Shown: piece after piece, positions 17,505 through 27,094 of the stretch
Layout of the letters: each line of letters starts with the position of its first letter
Position numbering within the stretch: the first letter of the stretch is position 1
Source of the DNA: a virus
Taxonomy: Duplodnaviria > Caudoviricetes
DNA length: 64,000 nucleotides
Virus record (IMG/VR): IMGVR_UViG_3300035675_000001
Reading direction: 5' to 3' (one strand)
Program-made: the position numbers and the translations under genes
Notes under the pieces: generated by a model
Seen by the model: only the letters and a program-made list of their open reading frames with translations
The model's database searches: none
Told to the model about the DNA's origin: nothing

Positions 17505-18286
17505 AGCTCAACTCTTGACTCGGCCAATTCACAGGTTCGGCAGAGAATGTCCATGCTTGGATCAAGCTGGCCCGCAATGACTCGCAAGTATTCCGGGCTG
17601 CGGTGCAGATCAGCGTAGTTCTGGTTCACCAGGTTGCCCAACACATGCTTGAGAGCGTAGTCCATGCAGCAAAGCACAACGTCACCCGAAGGAAGCAGGA
17701 CGTTGCGCTTCATACTCACGCCCCTCTGGCAGCGAATCGGTCCTGGCGCAACTCGCCCCGCCAGCTCAGCCACGTTGCCTGCCCGACTGCTGGGCCAGCT
17801 TCCAATGACCTCCGTGCTCCACCCAAACAAGGCCGCGACGCGGTGGTTAATCTTGCCGAAAAACGAAAAGTGGCAGCCAGGCCGCGCACACTCTTTCAGG
17901 GTCTCAAGGTAGCGGTCTGTGACCTCCAGGTTCATGCGGCCACTGTCATCCGGCAAATGAAGGCTGATCCGATTGGCAGGGACCAGTTTCAGTGTTTCCA
18001 CGTCGTCACGGGTCATTCCTTGCGTCGTCGTAAAGACGGTCACTGGGTTACCGCGCTCAAGCGCGAGCCGAATCATCCGGCCACAATCCGGGTTGATGAA
18101 CGGCTCGCACATGCCGCCAAAATCCAGCTCTGCCTCCCTGGGGAGTTTGCTGAGGCACGTTTGAAACAGCTCCAAGGACATGAAGCGCGGTCCCTGGTAG
18201 GCCCGCGTAATCACGCGCTGTGGGCAGTAGGGGCACGCCACAGGGCACCCCACAGCAGTCGTGATCTCCATGCGCTCGCTATTCAT
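17501..18286 (-). CDS. Radical SAM protein with SPASM/twitch domain
   Basis: CPVACPYC; FGGMCEP; C-terminal GDVVLCCMDY...LGNL...CRTC. Confidence 0.85.
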   Translation of the reverse strand: MNSERMEITTAVGCPVACPYCPQRVITRAYQGPRFMSLELFQTCLSKLPREAELDFGGMCEPFINPDCGRMIRLALERGNPVTVFTTTQGMTRDDVETLKLVPANRISLHLPDDSGRMNLEVTDRYLETLKECARPGCHFSFFGKINHRVAALFGWSTEVIGSWPSSRAGNVAELAGRVAPGPIRCQRGVSMKRNVLLPSGDVVLCCMDYALKHVLGNLVNQNYADLHRSPEYLRVIAGQLDPSMDILCRTCELAESRVEL

Positions 18287-18289
18287 AGC

Positions 18290-21200
18290 TCAGCTCTTGA
18301 CGCGACCCGTCTCAACCAGGAACGCCCTGGCCTGGTCCGCATCAAATTGAATGTCATTCAGCTTGTAGCCTGACTCGGCCAGGCTCTTGATCTCCTGGTC
18401 GCTGGCCATGAGCAGCCAGCCCGTGGCGTCGAAGCCGCTCGTGGCCGCAACCGTGGGCAGCGCCTTGGTCTCCGCGACCACAATGCCCTCGTTCATGATC
18501 TGGCCGGAGAAGTGGCTCCAATCCAGGACGGCACCGCAGGCACCGCACTCCTGCATATCGAGGTCGTCGGCGTCGCCCGCCTCGATCCCGTTGAAGCCCG
18601 CCTTGAGGTAGCTGAAATCCGTCATCAGGTCGCCCTGGTGCCCACAGGCCGGGCAGCGCACGATGTGCCGGAGGTCGGGCGTCTTCTGGATGTAGATGAG
18701 GCGCAGCTCCGGGACCAGCTCCTTCCAGTCGGCCTCCTCGGACTCGGCAACTTTGTTTACAATTCTGACATCGTTGATCTGATCCCACGGCCACTCCGGG
18801 TGAATCTTCTCACCATAGGAGATGGCGTAATCCATCGGATCATCCAATGGGTAGTATTCTCCCGACAGTTGCTTGTTGAGCGCCTTCCAGTTGGGCCAGC
18901 GCCGGATCACGTCCCAAGGAATTTCCAAGGTCTCGATCCTGGGGCCGTGCTCGCGGGTGTCGTCATCGAACACGAACTGGACTACCGGCAGGATGTCCTG
19001 CGAAGTGGTCAAGTCCTTTCCTCCGATTTCGTCTTCGGCTGACTCTTGAACCTGGTCGGGCGGAATGAAGACTACATCCACCAACCAGTCCCAGTCATCC
19101 TTGTCCACGTCCCGGCGCGTGCGGCGAGCATAGTCGATCACCCTGTCCTGGACATCACCGCCCTCCTCGAAGCTGTTCTCCACTTCGGCCAGGCTGTTCA
19201 CTCCCAGCTCGCTGTAGGGCACCGTCAGCCAAACACTGTAGCCCCGCTCGCCTGCGCCGAAATCGAAACCCAAACGGAACTGCGGCGGCGGGTCGATATT
19301 CACCACGTCCTTGTGGCCGATGTCCTCCTCGCTCTCGTCCACGTCATGGCCATGAACATCGGCGATGGCCCCCTCGTTGTGGACCCGCACCCGGCGCATC
19401 AGCGACTCGATGGCCTCATTCTTCATGTCGTCGTAGTAGCCGCCCGGCTGCTTGAAGTCCTCGGCGCTGTGGTAGGAGCAACCGCCCAACCAGGCTTCGC
19501 CGCTGAACATCTTGCCGTTGGGCGCGGTCCACCGAGCAATAACGTGAGCGGAGCACCAGCCCCACTCGTTGCCGTTCTCGATCTGCTCGCGTGCCCAGGC
19601 CGCATCCTCCGGCATGGGGAAGTGATCCTCCGGCGTTTCGTCTTCCGGCTCAGCAACCAGGACGACCTCGATCTCCTCCGGCGTGGGCGGCTCGATGTAA
19701 TCGCTGGGCGGGGTGACCTGCTTCCAGTCGGCTTCGTCGTCTTCCTCTTTGAGCAGAGCCTCGACCACATCGTTCGGGTCGTAGTCGCCGTGGCCCAGGA
19801 CATAGCCAGGCTCCTCAACGTGCTCGACCTCGTAGTCGTGGTTCAGGTGGTGCCGCTTGAGGAAGTTGAAGCGGTCCTTCATGTCGAACTCCTCGACGTA
19901 AACCTCGTCCGCCTTGTTGAACAAACTCGACGTGTAGGCAAAGTTCAACGCCTTCTCCAGCGTGGGCATGACGTTGGTGTGATACCACTGGTCGTCATCA
20001 GGCTGGAGACCATGCCAGTTCACTCGGAACCAGATGCGTTGCTCATCCGCCACGTCCTTCCAGTCAGGGTCTTCCTCGCTCTCCTGGTGGTAAGCGCCCG
20101 GAGAGTCCAGGCTGTTGACAACCCGCAGCACTTCCACCGAAGGGTTCTTGGCCGAGAAGATCGCCGCCGCTTCCTCCGCATTGCGAGCGTGGACGCCGTA
20201 ATGGCCCTGACCCACCGTGGACTTGTAATAGACGATGAACAGGTTGGGCTTGCCAGAGTGCGCGGCATCCTTCCAATCCAGGTCATCCTCAGACTCGCGC
20301 ACCGGCCCCCACACATTCTCCGGCCAGTCGGCATTGCCGCCAGCAGCCCTGATCTTTCGGATCAGCTCCTCCGTGAACCGCTTCGGGTTGGTGTAGGTGT
20401 CGTGGTAGATCGGGAAATATCCCTCCTGACCACGGCGCTGATACACGACCAGGTGCCACTGACGCTCGCGCACCGTATCCTCGTCGATCAGAGGCTCGGT
20501 GTGCTCGACGGTCATCATGATGTTGGCCTCCGGCTTCACATCATCGCGCCAGGTGAGCATGTGCCACTTGTCGTCCATGCGGAAGCCCAGGCCCGCCATC
20601 CACTCCAGCAGGCTGTCATCGGAAGCCACGTCCTTCCAATCAGGATCGTCCTCGCTCTCATTGGCGATGGGCGTGAGCTTGAACACGAACTCGTGGTCCG
20701 CGCTGCCGCCAGGTATCATCTGGACCGCTACCTGGTTCTTGAAGGCATACTCCGCCGCGAACGTCACGGCTTTCAACGCCTGCTCATCCTTCACGCTCTG
20801 CTCCAGGTTCGGCTCATTGAACTCGCCGTTGAAGCGCACGTCCCAGGTCCGGTCGGTCGCGTCCGGCTCAGACAAGCCGATGTCCAGCCAACCGAAGGTC
20901 TCCAGGGAACTGATGAACGCCTGCGGGTCATACTGCTTGGCGCGACCGCCTGCCACGCGCTCGTCCCCATTGCTCAGGACCGTTTCCTTCCAGTCAGCCT
21001 CATCGCTCTCCTCCAGGCCGTTCTCGTTCGGCTCGTTCGGATTGCGGTAGGTATCCACAATCTTCCAGCCAGAGTTGTTGTCGAGCGGAACCTCGCGGAT
21101 CAGGCTGCCGTCCGGGTTCACGAGCACGATGGCCTCGGTGCCGAACGGACAATCGTTCAGGTCGATGACGCCCTCGTTGATGAAGTCGCCCAGCTTGAAG

Positions 21201-24200
21201 ACCGTAGCCTGGTCGAACTCCTCTATCCAATCTCCTACTTCATCGGAGAAGTAATGCTTCACATACGGAGTGCCTGGCCGATCCATCAGGGTGAACGGGC
21301 ACATGAACTTCACCCACTCGCTCTCGCCCAGGACCAGCTCTTTCCACGAACCCTCGTCGTCCAGGCTCTCGTGCCAGGAATAGACCGGCTTCATGCTGGT
21401 GATGTGGCGTGCGCGGGTGTCCGGCCAGCGGAAGTTCTCGAACCTGGCGCGGGCTTCTTCCTCGCTCGCTGCGGTCAGCGTGATCTCGAACGGCATCCAC
21501 TTGCGGCCACTGCGGGACACGTAGTTGACCTTGAATCCAACCGGCACAGCCAGCCCGGCATCCTTCATGTCGAAGTCATCCTCGGACTCTTTGACCAGGA
21601 AGCTGCGAGCCTGGCTGCCATCAAAGGGCCGGTAGGTCACGAAGCTTGCGTCGTCCTCCAGGTCCAGACCTTGGACCTCCTCCGGCTTCACGCCCGCCAG
21701 CTTGGGCAGGTGTTCAACTCCGGCCTGGAGCGTGTCCATGTGAATGATGCCGTCGTAGCCCTGGGCCTTGGCGGCTTCGACGTAAGCGGGATTGTCAACA
21801 ATCGCATACGTGTCGATCTCCACGCCGTCGAGCAGATACTCCAGAATCTCCATGCGCCTGCTCTCGATGGCCGCTGGGTCTTCCTCCATCTCGGCCAGGT
21901 CGTCGATGGCGTCCTGGAGGTCTCCCCAATCGCTGATGCAGGTGATGTCGTTGGCCGAGCAGGTGAAGTCCACCGAGTATTCCAGCTTGGTCAGGTGATA
22001 CTGGTAGTTGCCGATCAGCTCGCTCAGGTCATCCCACGAGAAGGTGTTGTTGGCGGGCGCATTGCTAAAGTCCCAGCGCAGGCGCTCGATGGCTTGCCAG
22101 AGCGTGGTCTGCGTCCCCAGGTCGCGCAGGTCCAGCGGCTTCTTCATGCTCAGGCGATACTTGCCCACGTTCGCGCCGGGCCGGAACTCCGGCTGGCCAA
22201 ACAGCTCGTCCCTGGTCGCCGCGAACACGCTGGCGATGTGCGGGCTGGTCGTAAAGCTGGGCGTGCTGCGGCCCTGGCGGGTAACGAACTTGCCCGGCTT
22301 GGGCACCTTCTTCATCCCCCGATAGACCGGCAGCGGATTGCCCTCCGGGTCCGTGATGTCGCCCTCGGCCTCGGCCAGAGCTTCCTCGGTCTGCTCCGGC
22401 TCGTTCTTGAAATCCATGATGGTGTTGTCCTGGTCATCCTTGAGCCGAAGCTTGTCGGTCTGACACTTGGCCATCATCCATTCCCACTGAGCGCCGGTGG
22501 GCGTGCCGCCGTCGATCAACATGCTGTCGCCGGGCTGGATCGCCACGCGCATGTAGCCCCGCGCATACATGGCCCGATAGACCTTGCCCTGCATCGTCCA
22601 ATACTCGCGCTCCACAGCGGAGGGCGGCATGGTGATGCCCAGCTTCCTGGCCGCGTAGTCCAGGTGGTTCGCACCCGCATACTCCGGCTGGCCGTTGCGC
22701 GTGAGCCAGATGTTGACGTGGCCGGTGACCTCCTGGATCACAGACTCACCCAGGCCACGACCGCCATAATACCACCAGTCGTAAACCTGCTGCTGCCAGT
22801 CTTCGTATTGGTCCGGGTCTTCGGGCGGCTCGCCAAACTGCTCGATGGCCCGCGCCATCATTTCCTGCTCGTCCTCATCGCGCTTGGCATACTCCGCGTC
22901 GCGCCACTGCTCATACTCTTTGCGCCACTGCTCGCGTTCAGCTTCCCTGGCCGGACGCCCGCGCTCCCACTCCTCCTCGTCTTTCTTGCGCTGCTGCGGG
23001 GACCGGTAACGCTTCCAGGCATCCAGGGCGTAGCTCAAGGATTTCTCCTTGTCGCCGCGTGGATTGTAAAGCGAGGCCCGGCCTGCTCGCGCCCGGAGAG
23101 TGTCGAGGCGCTGGGCCAGAGCTGGGTTCTTGGCTGCCGCGTGCGGGCACAGCCAGGTTTTGCACGCCAGCGGCTTGTCAGCCTTGCAGCCCTGGGGCGA
23201 CCAATGCTCGCAGCCCTTGCAGCAGAGGGTGTCCATATCGACACCGCCGCCATACTTGGCCTGAGCCAGTGGGTCAGAGTAGATGCCCTCGCGGCTCCCC
23301 AGGCAGGTGACATGGCCCGTCTTGGTGTCGATCTGACAGGGCTTGTGTTTGGCCAGCGCACCGGCTGCCTGGCCATAGAGCTTATTGTAAACTTTTTCCA
23401 ACCGCTCGCGGTCAACGGGCTTGGCCTCCTGGATGGCCACGCGCAGGATGGACTCCAGCATCTCCGGCTCCATCTCCGAGTCGCCCAGGTCCACGGTGAT
23501 CTCCACCAGGTCGTGGTTGTGAATCCAGACCTTGGCGTTCTCAGGCAGCGCATTCTGGATCAGCGTGCGCCAGCCGCCGTAGTAGTCGCCCGCCTCGGCC
23601 CCAGGGTAGGGGATGACCGTGTAGATCGAGAGCTGGTCGTGGCCGGTGGTCGGGTTGCGCTTACGCGAGTCGTAGGCATAGACGTGCTGCTTGTCGATCT
23701 GCACCGGGTGCGCGAGGTCCGGCCACGCGGTCGTGCGGGTAGCCAGGTCGCCTTTGACGTAAAACTTGAAGCCCGCTCGCTTGAGCTGATCCATGACCTC
23801 CAACGCGGCCACGCGGTCCAGCTCGCCCAGGTGCGGGCGGACCAGCTCCTTCCAATCCTCGCTGTCCTCCGGCTCCTCCAACGACTCCATCTCGCCGTAA
23901 ACAATTCCGCGCAAAAGCTTCTGGTAGGGCATCCAGTCGATGGCTGCCATCTTCTTGGAATACTTGTCCTCGCATTTGCCCTCCTCCTCGCCGGGCACCA
24001 ACTCGCGGCACTGCTTGGGCCGCTGCTCGTAGCCAAGCTGGCAGCCGCCCGGTCCCTTGAGTTCGCACCGCTCATACTCGCCGCTGCCGGTCATGAAGCT
24101 GCGCCGGGCGCGGGGCCGGACCATCATCACGTCCTCCTCGGCATCCGGGTTCTGGCCGGTGGGGTCGCCATACCAGGAGTCGATCTCGTAGCGGTCGCTG

Positions 24201-24745
24201 TCGAGCGCGGCCTTGATCTTCTCGCGCATGACGTTCACGTCGGGCGCTCCCCAGTCCTCCGGGCTGGTCATGCCTGGATACCAGGAGCAGCACTTGCCGC
24301 CGCACTTGGCACAGAGGCCGGTGTTCTGCGCCTCGTCGATGAACCGCTTGGCCATCTGGCTGTAAGGCTTGCCGATGACATAGCCCTTGCGCTGGAGCTT
24401 GGCCGGGTAGAAGCCTGGCAGCCGATTCGGACAAATGGTATTGACCGCCTGAGCCTGTTGCTCCCAGGTCGGGGTCTCGTTCTCGCCGAAGCCACGCATC
24501 CGGGTCCAGCCGACCCAGCTATGGGCCTTGCTCAGCTTGCCGTTGCGGGTGAAGACCGGGACGATGAAGTGGACGTAGTAGCAGTCGTCGCCGTAGCGGG
24601 AAGGATCGTGGGCGAAGGCGTGCCATTGCTGGAGCTGCGCGAGCTGCGCCGACTCCTCTGGCACCATCGTCAATTCTTTCCAGCCGCCCTCATCTGGCTC
24701 ATCAGCCTCAATGAGTTGTCGGACGATCTTGTCAGCTTCGTTCAC
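18290..24745 (-). CDS. Modular polyprotein 1 (2151 aa): 12 acidic E-S/A...WK[D/E] linkers, ART-like and YkgJ-like modules; putative virion cargo
   Basis: GTG start behind a TAGTTA motif; repeated linkers such as ESEDDPDWKDV, ESEDDLDWKDA and ESEEADWKEL. Confidence 0.85.
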   Translation of the reverse strand: MNEADKIVRQLIEADEPDEGGWKELTMVPEESAQLAQLQQWHAFAHDPSRYGDDCYYVHFIVPVFTRNGKLSKAHSWVGWTRMRGFGENETPTWEQQAQAVNTICPNRLPGFYPAKLQRKGYVIGKPYSQMAKRFIDEAQNTGLCAKCGGKCCSWYPGMTSPEDWGAPDVNVMREKIKAALDSDRYEIDSWYGDPTGQNPDAEEDVMMVRPRARRSFMTGSGEYERCELKGPGGCQLGYEQRPKQCRELVPGEEEGKCEDKYSKKMAAIDWMPYQKLLRGIVYGEMESLEEPEDSEDWKELVRPHLGELDRVAALEVMDQLKRAGFKFYVKGDLATRTTAWPDLAHPVQIDKQHVYAYDSRKRNPTTGHDQLSIYTVIPYPGAEAGDYYGGWRTLIQNALPENAKVWIHNHDLVEITVDLGDSEMEPEMLESILRVAIQEAKPVDRERLEKVYNKLYGQAAGALAKHKPCQIDTKTGHVTCLGSREGIYSDPLAQAKYGGGVDMDTLCCKGCEHWSPQGCKADKPLACKTWLCPHAAAKNPALAQRLDTLRARAGRASLYNPRGDKEKSLSYALDAWKRYRSPQQRKKDEEEWERGRPAREAEREQWRKEYEQWRDAEYAKRDEDEQEMMARAIEQFGEPPEDPDQYEDWQQQVYDWWYYGGRGLGESVIQEVTGHVNIWLTRNGQPEYAGANHLDYAARKLGITMPPSAVEREYWTMQGKVYRAMYARGYMRVAIQPGDSMLIDGGTPTGAQWEWMMAKCQTDKLRLKDDQDNTIMDFKNEPEQTEEALAEAEGDITDPEGNPLPVYRGMKKVPKPGKFVTRQGRSTPSFTTSPHIASVFAATRDELFGQPEFRPGANVGKYRLSMKKPLDLRDLGTQTTLWQAIERLRWDFSNAPANNTFSWDDLSELIGNYQYHLTKLEYSVDFTCSANDITCISDWGDLQDAIDDLAEMEEDPAAIESRRMEILEYLLDGVEIDTYAIVDNPAYVEAAKAQGYDGIIHMDTLQAGVEHLPKLAGVKPEEVQGLDLEDDASFVTYRPFDGSQARSFLVKESEDDFDMKDAGLAVPVGFKVNYVSRSGRKWMPFEITLTAASEEEARARFENFRWPDTRARHITSMKPVYSWHESLDDEGSWKELVLGESEWVKFMCPFTLMDRPGTPYVKHYFSDEVGDWIEEFDQATVFKLGDFINEGVIDLNDCPFGTEAIVLVNPDGSLIREVPLDNNSGWKIVDTYRNPNEPNENGLEESDEADWKETVLSNGDERVAGGRAKQYDPQAFISSLETFGWLDIGLSEPDATDRTWDVRFNGEFNEPNLEQSVKDEQALKAVTFAAEYAFKNQVAVQMIPGGSADHEFVFKLTPIANESEDDPDWKDVASDDSLLEWMAGLGFRMDDKWHMLTWRDDVKPEANIMMTVEHTEPLIDEDTVRERQWHLVVYQRRGQEGYFPIYHDTYTNPKRFTEELIRKIRAAGGNADWPENVWGPVRESEDDLDWKDAAHSGKPNLFIVYYKSTVGQGHYGVHARNAEEAAAIFSAKNPSVEVLRVVNSLDSPGAYHQESEEDPDWKDVADEQRIWFRVNWHGLQPDDDQWYHTNVMPTLEKALNFAYTSSLFNKADEVYVEEFDMKDRFNFLKRHHLNHDYEVEHVEEPGYVLGHGDYDPNDVVEALLKEEDDEADWKQVTPPSDYIEPPTPEEIEVVLVAEPEDETPEDHFPMPEDAAWAREQIENGNEWGWCSAHVIARWTAPNGKMFSGEAWLGGCSYHSAEDFKQPGGYYDDMKNEAIESLMRRVRVHNEGAIADVHGHDVDESEEDIGHKDVVNIDPPPQFRLGFDFGAGERGYSVWLTVPYSELGVNSLAEVENSFEEGGDVQDRVIDYARRTRRDVDKDDWDWLVDVVFIPPDQVQESAEDEIGGKDLTTSQDILPVVQFVFDDDTREHGPRIETLEIPWDVIRRWPNWKALNKQLSGEYYPLDDPMDYAISYGEKIHPEWPWDQINDVRIVNKVAESEEADWKELVPELRLIYIQKTPDLRHIVRCPACGHQGDLMTDFSYLKAGFNGIEAGDADDLDMQECGACGAVLDWSHFSGQIMNEGIVVAETKALPTVAATSGFDATGWLLMASDQEIKSLAESGYKLNDIQFDADQARAFLVETGRVKS

Positions 24746-24933
24746 GCCTTAACTACAGGCGGATCGACCACTGGCTCTGGCTGCTTGTCGTAAAAGTCGC
24801 GGGCGTTAGCGGTCCAGGTGTGATGGCAGATGCCGCACCGCATCTTGAAGTGCTCACCGTTCACCGGCTTGAACTTGGCCGTCTTCTCCGACAACTCGGA
24901 TTCGCACACCGGACATTGGATCGTCTTGCTCAT
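24742..24933 (-). CDS. Small Zn-ribbon protein
   Basis: MSKTIQCPVC...RCGIC. Confidence 0.55.
   Translation of the reverse strand: MSKTIQCPVCESELSEKTAKFKPVNGEHFKMRCGICHHTWTANARDFYDKQPEPVVDPPVVKA
24750..24755 (-). promoter_or_regulatory. Class III motif TAGTTA
   Basis: TAGTTA-AGGC-GTG24745. Confidence 0.7.
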
Positions 24934-25339
24934 TGAGGGGTTTATGGGGGACATACGTGCCGGTCACGGCCACTACGGTCGTGCCCGACATGACCACTTC
25001 GGTCGCTTTGGCATCGTATTGCTGCCAGTATTTGTTGGCCTCGACCGCATCCTGGCTGAGCACGCGGTCGATCTCTGTCTGCATGGCGAACAGCTTGGCC
25101 TGTGCCTCGGCGCTGCCCACGATGGCCTCGACCTTGGGGCGCTCCCAAATCTCGGCCACGGGCGGCGGCACATCCTCTTTGTGATTCCAGACTTTGACGC
25201 GGGGTGGGACCGCGCAGAAGAACCAGCGCAGCCGGTTCCACCACACGCGCAGGCGCGGCAGTTTGACTTCGGGGACGAAGCCGCAAGCAGCGGCCACTTC
25301 CAGAGGCATGGCCTTGATCGTCTTGTCGAACAGTCTCAT
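24854..25339 (-). CDS. Hypothetical protein
   Basis: 161 aa behind a class II motif. Confidence 0.55.
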   Translation of the reverse strand: MRLFDKTIKAMPLEVAAACGFVPEVKLPRLRVWWNRLRWFFCAVPPRVKVWNHKEDVPPPVAEIWERPKVEAIVGSAEAQAKLFAMQTEIDRVLSQDAVEANKYWQQYDAKATEVVMSGTTVVAVTGTYVPHKPLNEQDDPMSGVRIRVVGEDGQVQAGER

Positions 25340-25346
25340 GCCCGGT

Positions 25347-25351
25347 AGAAC
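25347..25351 (-). promoter_or_regulatory. Class II upstream motif GTTCT
   Basis: GTTCT, 7 nt, then ATG25339. Confidence 0.5.
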
Positions 25352-25358
25352 CAGAAAC

Positions 25359-25748
25359 TCAAGCGGGCTTATGGTTGCCGCTGGAGTGCCGGACCTCGGC
25401 GATGACCGCAGTCATCTCATAGTCCTTGACGACGTGGCCCTCGACGGACCCAAAACCATCCGGGACGAAATGAACTCTGTGGCTGCGAGCCAGCTCCTCG
25501 ATCTGCTCAGCCTCCGGGAATTTCAGGAACTCAACCTCTGCCACGGCCCGCTCACCATCCATCTCAAGTTTGTTTACAATTCCGATGGCGTTGTTGAGCG
25601 TGGGCGGCGTGCCGCTGTGGATCGTCATGGTGCGCTCAGTGATGCGGGGCTGGGCGCGACGGATCGCGGCTTCAATTACTGACCGGGGATACACCCGACC
25701 GTTTTGCGTCTTCTTGTCGGCTACGAGGAGTTGGAACTTCATAGACAT
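25359..25748 (-). CDS. Short, probably catalytically degenerate homologue of T4 gp21-type prohead protease
   Basis: ADKKTQNGRVYPRSVIE matches the gp21 N-terminal signature; the GVSSRGxGS catalytic motif reads HFVPDGFGS. Confidence 0.55.
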   Translation of the reverse strand: MSMKFQLLVADKKTQNGRVYPRSVIEAAIRRAQPRITERTMTIHSGTPPTLNNAIGIVNKLEMDGERAVAEVEFLKFPEAEQIEELARSHRVHFVPDGFGSVEGHVVKDYEMTAVIAEVRHSSGNHKPA

Positions 25749-25890
25749 GAGGGGCGGAAAGGCCCCGCGCCATGCCCAGGATGAAGCTCAGCATCGACGC
25801 GAAGGCCGTGGTGACACAGAACACCAGGATGCAGCTACCAAGCCACACCCAAAAACTGGAGAAGATGAATTTCAGTATCTCAAGCACCAT
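25672..25890 (-). CDS. Small membrane protein
   Basis: Hydrophobic N-terminal half; class II motif 7 nt upstream. Confidence 0.5.
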   Translation of the reverse strand: MVLEILKFIFSSFWVWLGSCILVFCVTTAFASMLSFILGMARGLSAPHVYEVPTPRSRQEDAKRSGVSPVSN

Positions 25891-25893
25891 GCC

Positions 25894-27084
25894 CTACAGA
25901 ACGCGATTCCAGGTCGCCCGGAATCCGAGCGTCAGCGTGTAGGTGCTGAGCTTGGTCTGAACCGTATCGAAGATGTAGCGCATGACGGTCGTGTTGCCGT
26001 TATACTCGCCCAGGCCGAAGGAGCGCCAGTCTGCCCGGTTGGCCTCACCGACCGCGAAGGTGATGAACTTGTCGCGGGTGTAGCTGCCCGCCACGTAGGA
26101 ACTCTGCGCCCACTGCTGGTTCGCCGTGGTGCCTGCCAGGTTGTAGTAACCGCCGCCGTAGGTCCGCAGCGCCGTGGCGTCGGTCGAAATGTAGATGCGC
26201 CCGTAAAACCCGTTGTTCTCTCCCGGATCGCCGTAGCCGGAGTAGTATTTGCCATCGACCGTGTTGTTTCCGCTGGTGATGTTGCCGCTGCTGTCCACAT
26301 ACCACATCGGAATCCACTCCGCTTGCATTTGGCCCGTGGCCGAGGCCCAGCCCACGATGGGGGACACGCCATAGATTTGTGGCACGTAGGGAGTGACCGA
26401 GGTCGAGACGCTGTATTTGACGCGCAACTGCTGCCCGGCGATCAGGTTGACCGTGGACGGAAGCTTGATGCGCGAGAAGATGTTGCTGCCTGCGCTGGCG
26501 CTCGGTGAGAAGCCGATCTCGTTGTAACCAATCGGCCCGGCCTCGGCGGAGAAGTCGAAAGTCCGGGTGCAGGTCGTGGTGTTGATGATCGTCACCGTCT
26601 GGCAGTTGGGGAGTCCAGTCAGGTAGGTGCTGGTCCGCTTGACCTCGGTGTCCAGGCCGACCTGGTTGGTGTTGTAGAGGATGAAAGTGTCCGGCCCGAT
26701 GGTGTCGGCGGGCGAAACTGTGCAGGCCGTCGTGCTGCCGAACGCGGTGATCCGATAGTTGTTGCCGCTGGTGTCGAGCTTGATGGTCTTGCCCACGTCG
26801 GCGCTGGTGCCCGTCAGGTAGCCGATGGACGACAGCAGCACTGCGCCTGCGGTGATCGTGCAAGTATCTGCCGCAGAATCCAGTTCGGTGACGGTGGTCC
26901 CAGTGCCCGCCACGCCATACGCCCAGCAGGAGTTGATCCGGTTGCTGGCGATCTGGTCGAGGCCCTGGTTCATGATGAGGTTGTGAATCGGGTCAAACGT
27001 CTTGACGACGCGGCCCTTCTCGACCACGCTCACCTGCGCTACCCCGCTCAGCCCGTATCCGATTCCAGCAAGAATTGTCTTCAT
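25894..27084 (-). CDS. Virion structural protein (tail/baseplate-associated, Thr/Gly/Ser-rich)
   Basis: 396 aa; HNLIMNQGLDQIA...AGTGTT...FSRIKLP...K...LTL pattern typical of tail or baseplate proteins. Confidence 0.6.
   Translation of the reverse strand: MKTILAGIGYGLSGVAQVSVVEKGRVVKTFDPIHNLIMNQGLDQIASNRINSCWAYGVAGTGTTVTELDSAADTCTITAGAVLLSSIGYLTGTSADVGKTIKLDTSGNNYRITAFGSTTACTVSPADTIGPDTFILYNTNQVGLDTEVKRTSTYLTGLPNCQTVTIINTTTCTRTFDFSAEAGPIGYNEIGFSPSASAGSNIFSRIKLPSTVNLIAGQQLRVKYSVSTSVTPYVPQIYGVSPIVGWASATGQMQAEWIPMWYVDSSGNITSGNNTVDGKYYSGYGDPGENNGFYGRIYISTDATALRTYGGGYYNLAGTTANQQWAQSSYVAGSYTRDKFITFAVGEANRADWRSFGLGEYNGNTTVMRYIFDTVQTKLSTYTLTLGFRATWNRVL
25898..25902 (-). promoter_or_regulatory. Class II upstream motif GTTCT
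   Basis: CGTTCT, 7 nt, then ATG25890. Confidence 0.5.
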
Positions 27085-27094
27085 ATTGTCCTCT

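Noticed and set aside
19046-24793. 1915 aa plus-strand ORF (also 35798-39196, 49022-51151, 51509-53620, 5289-7055)
   Set aside because: These are antisense shadows of real genes caused by high GC3. They have no motifs, and their amino-acid composition mirrors the opposite strand.
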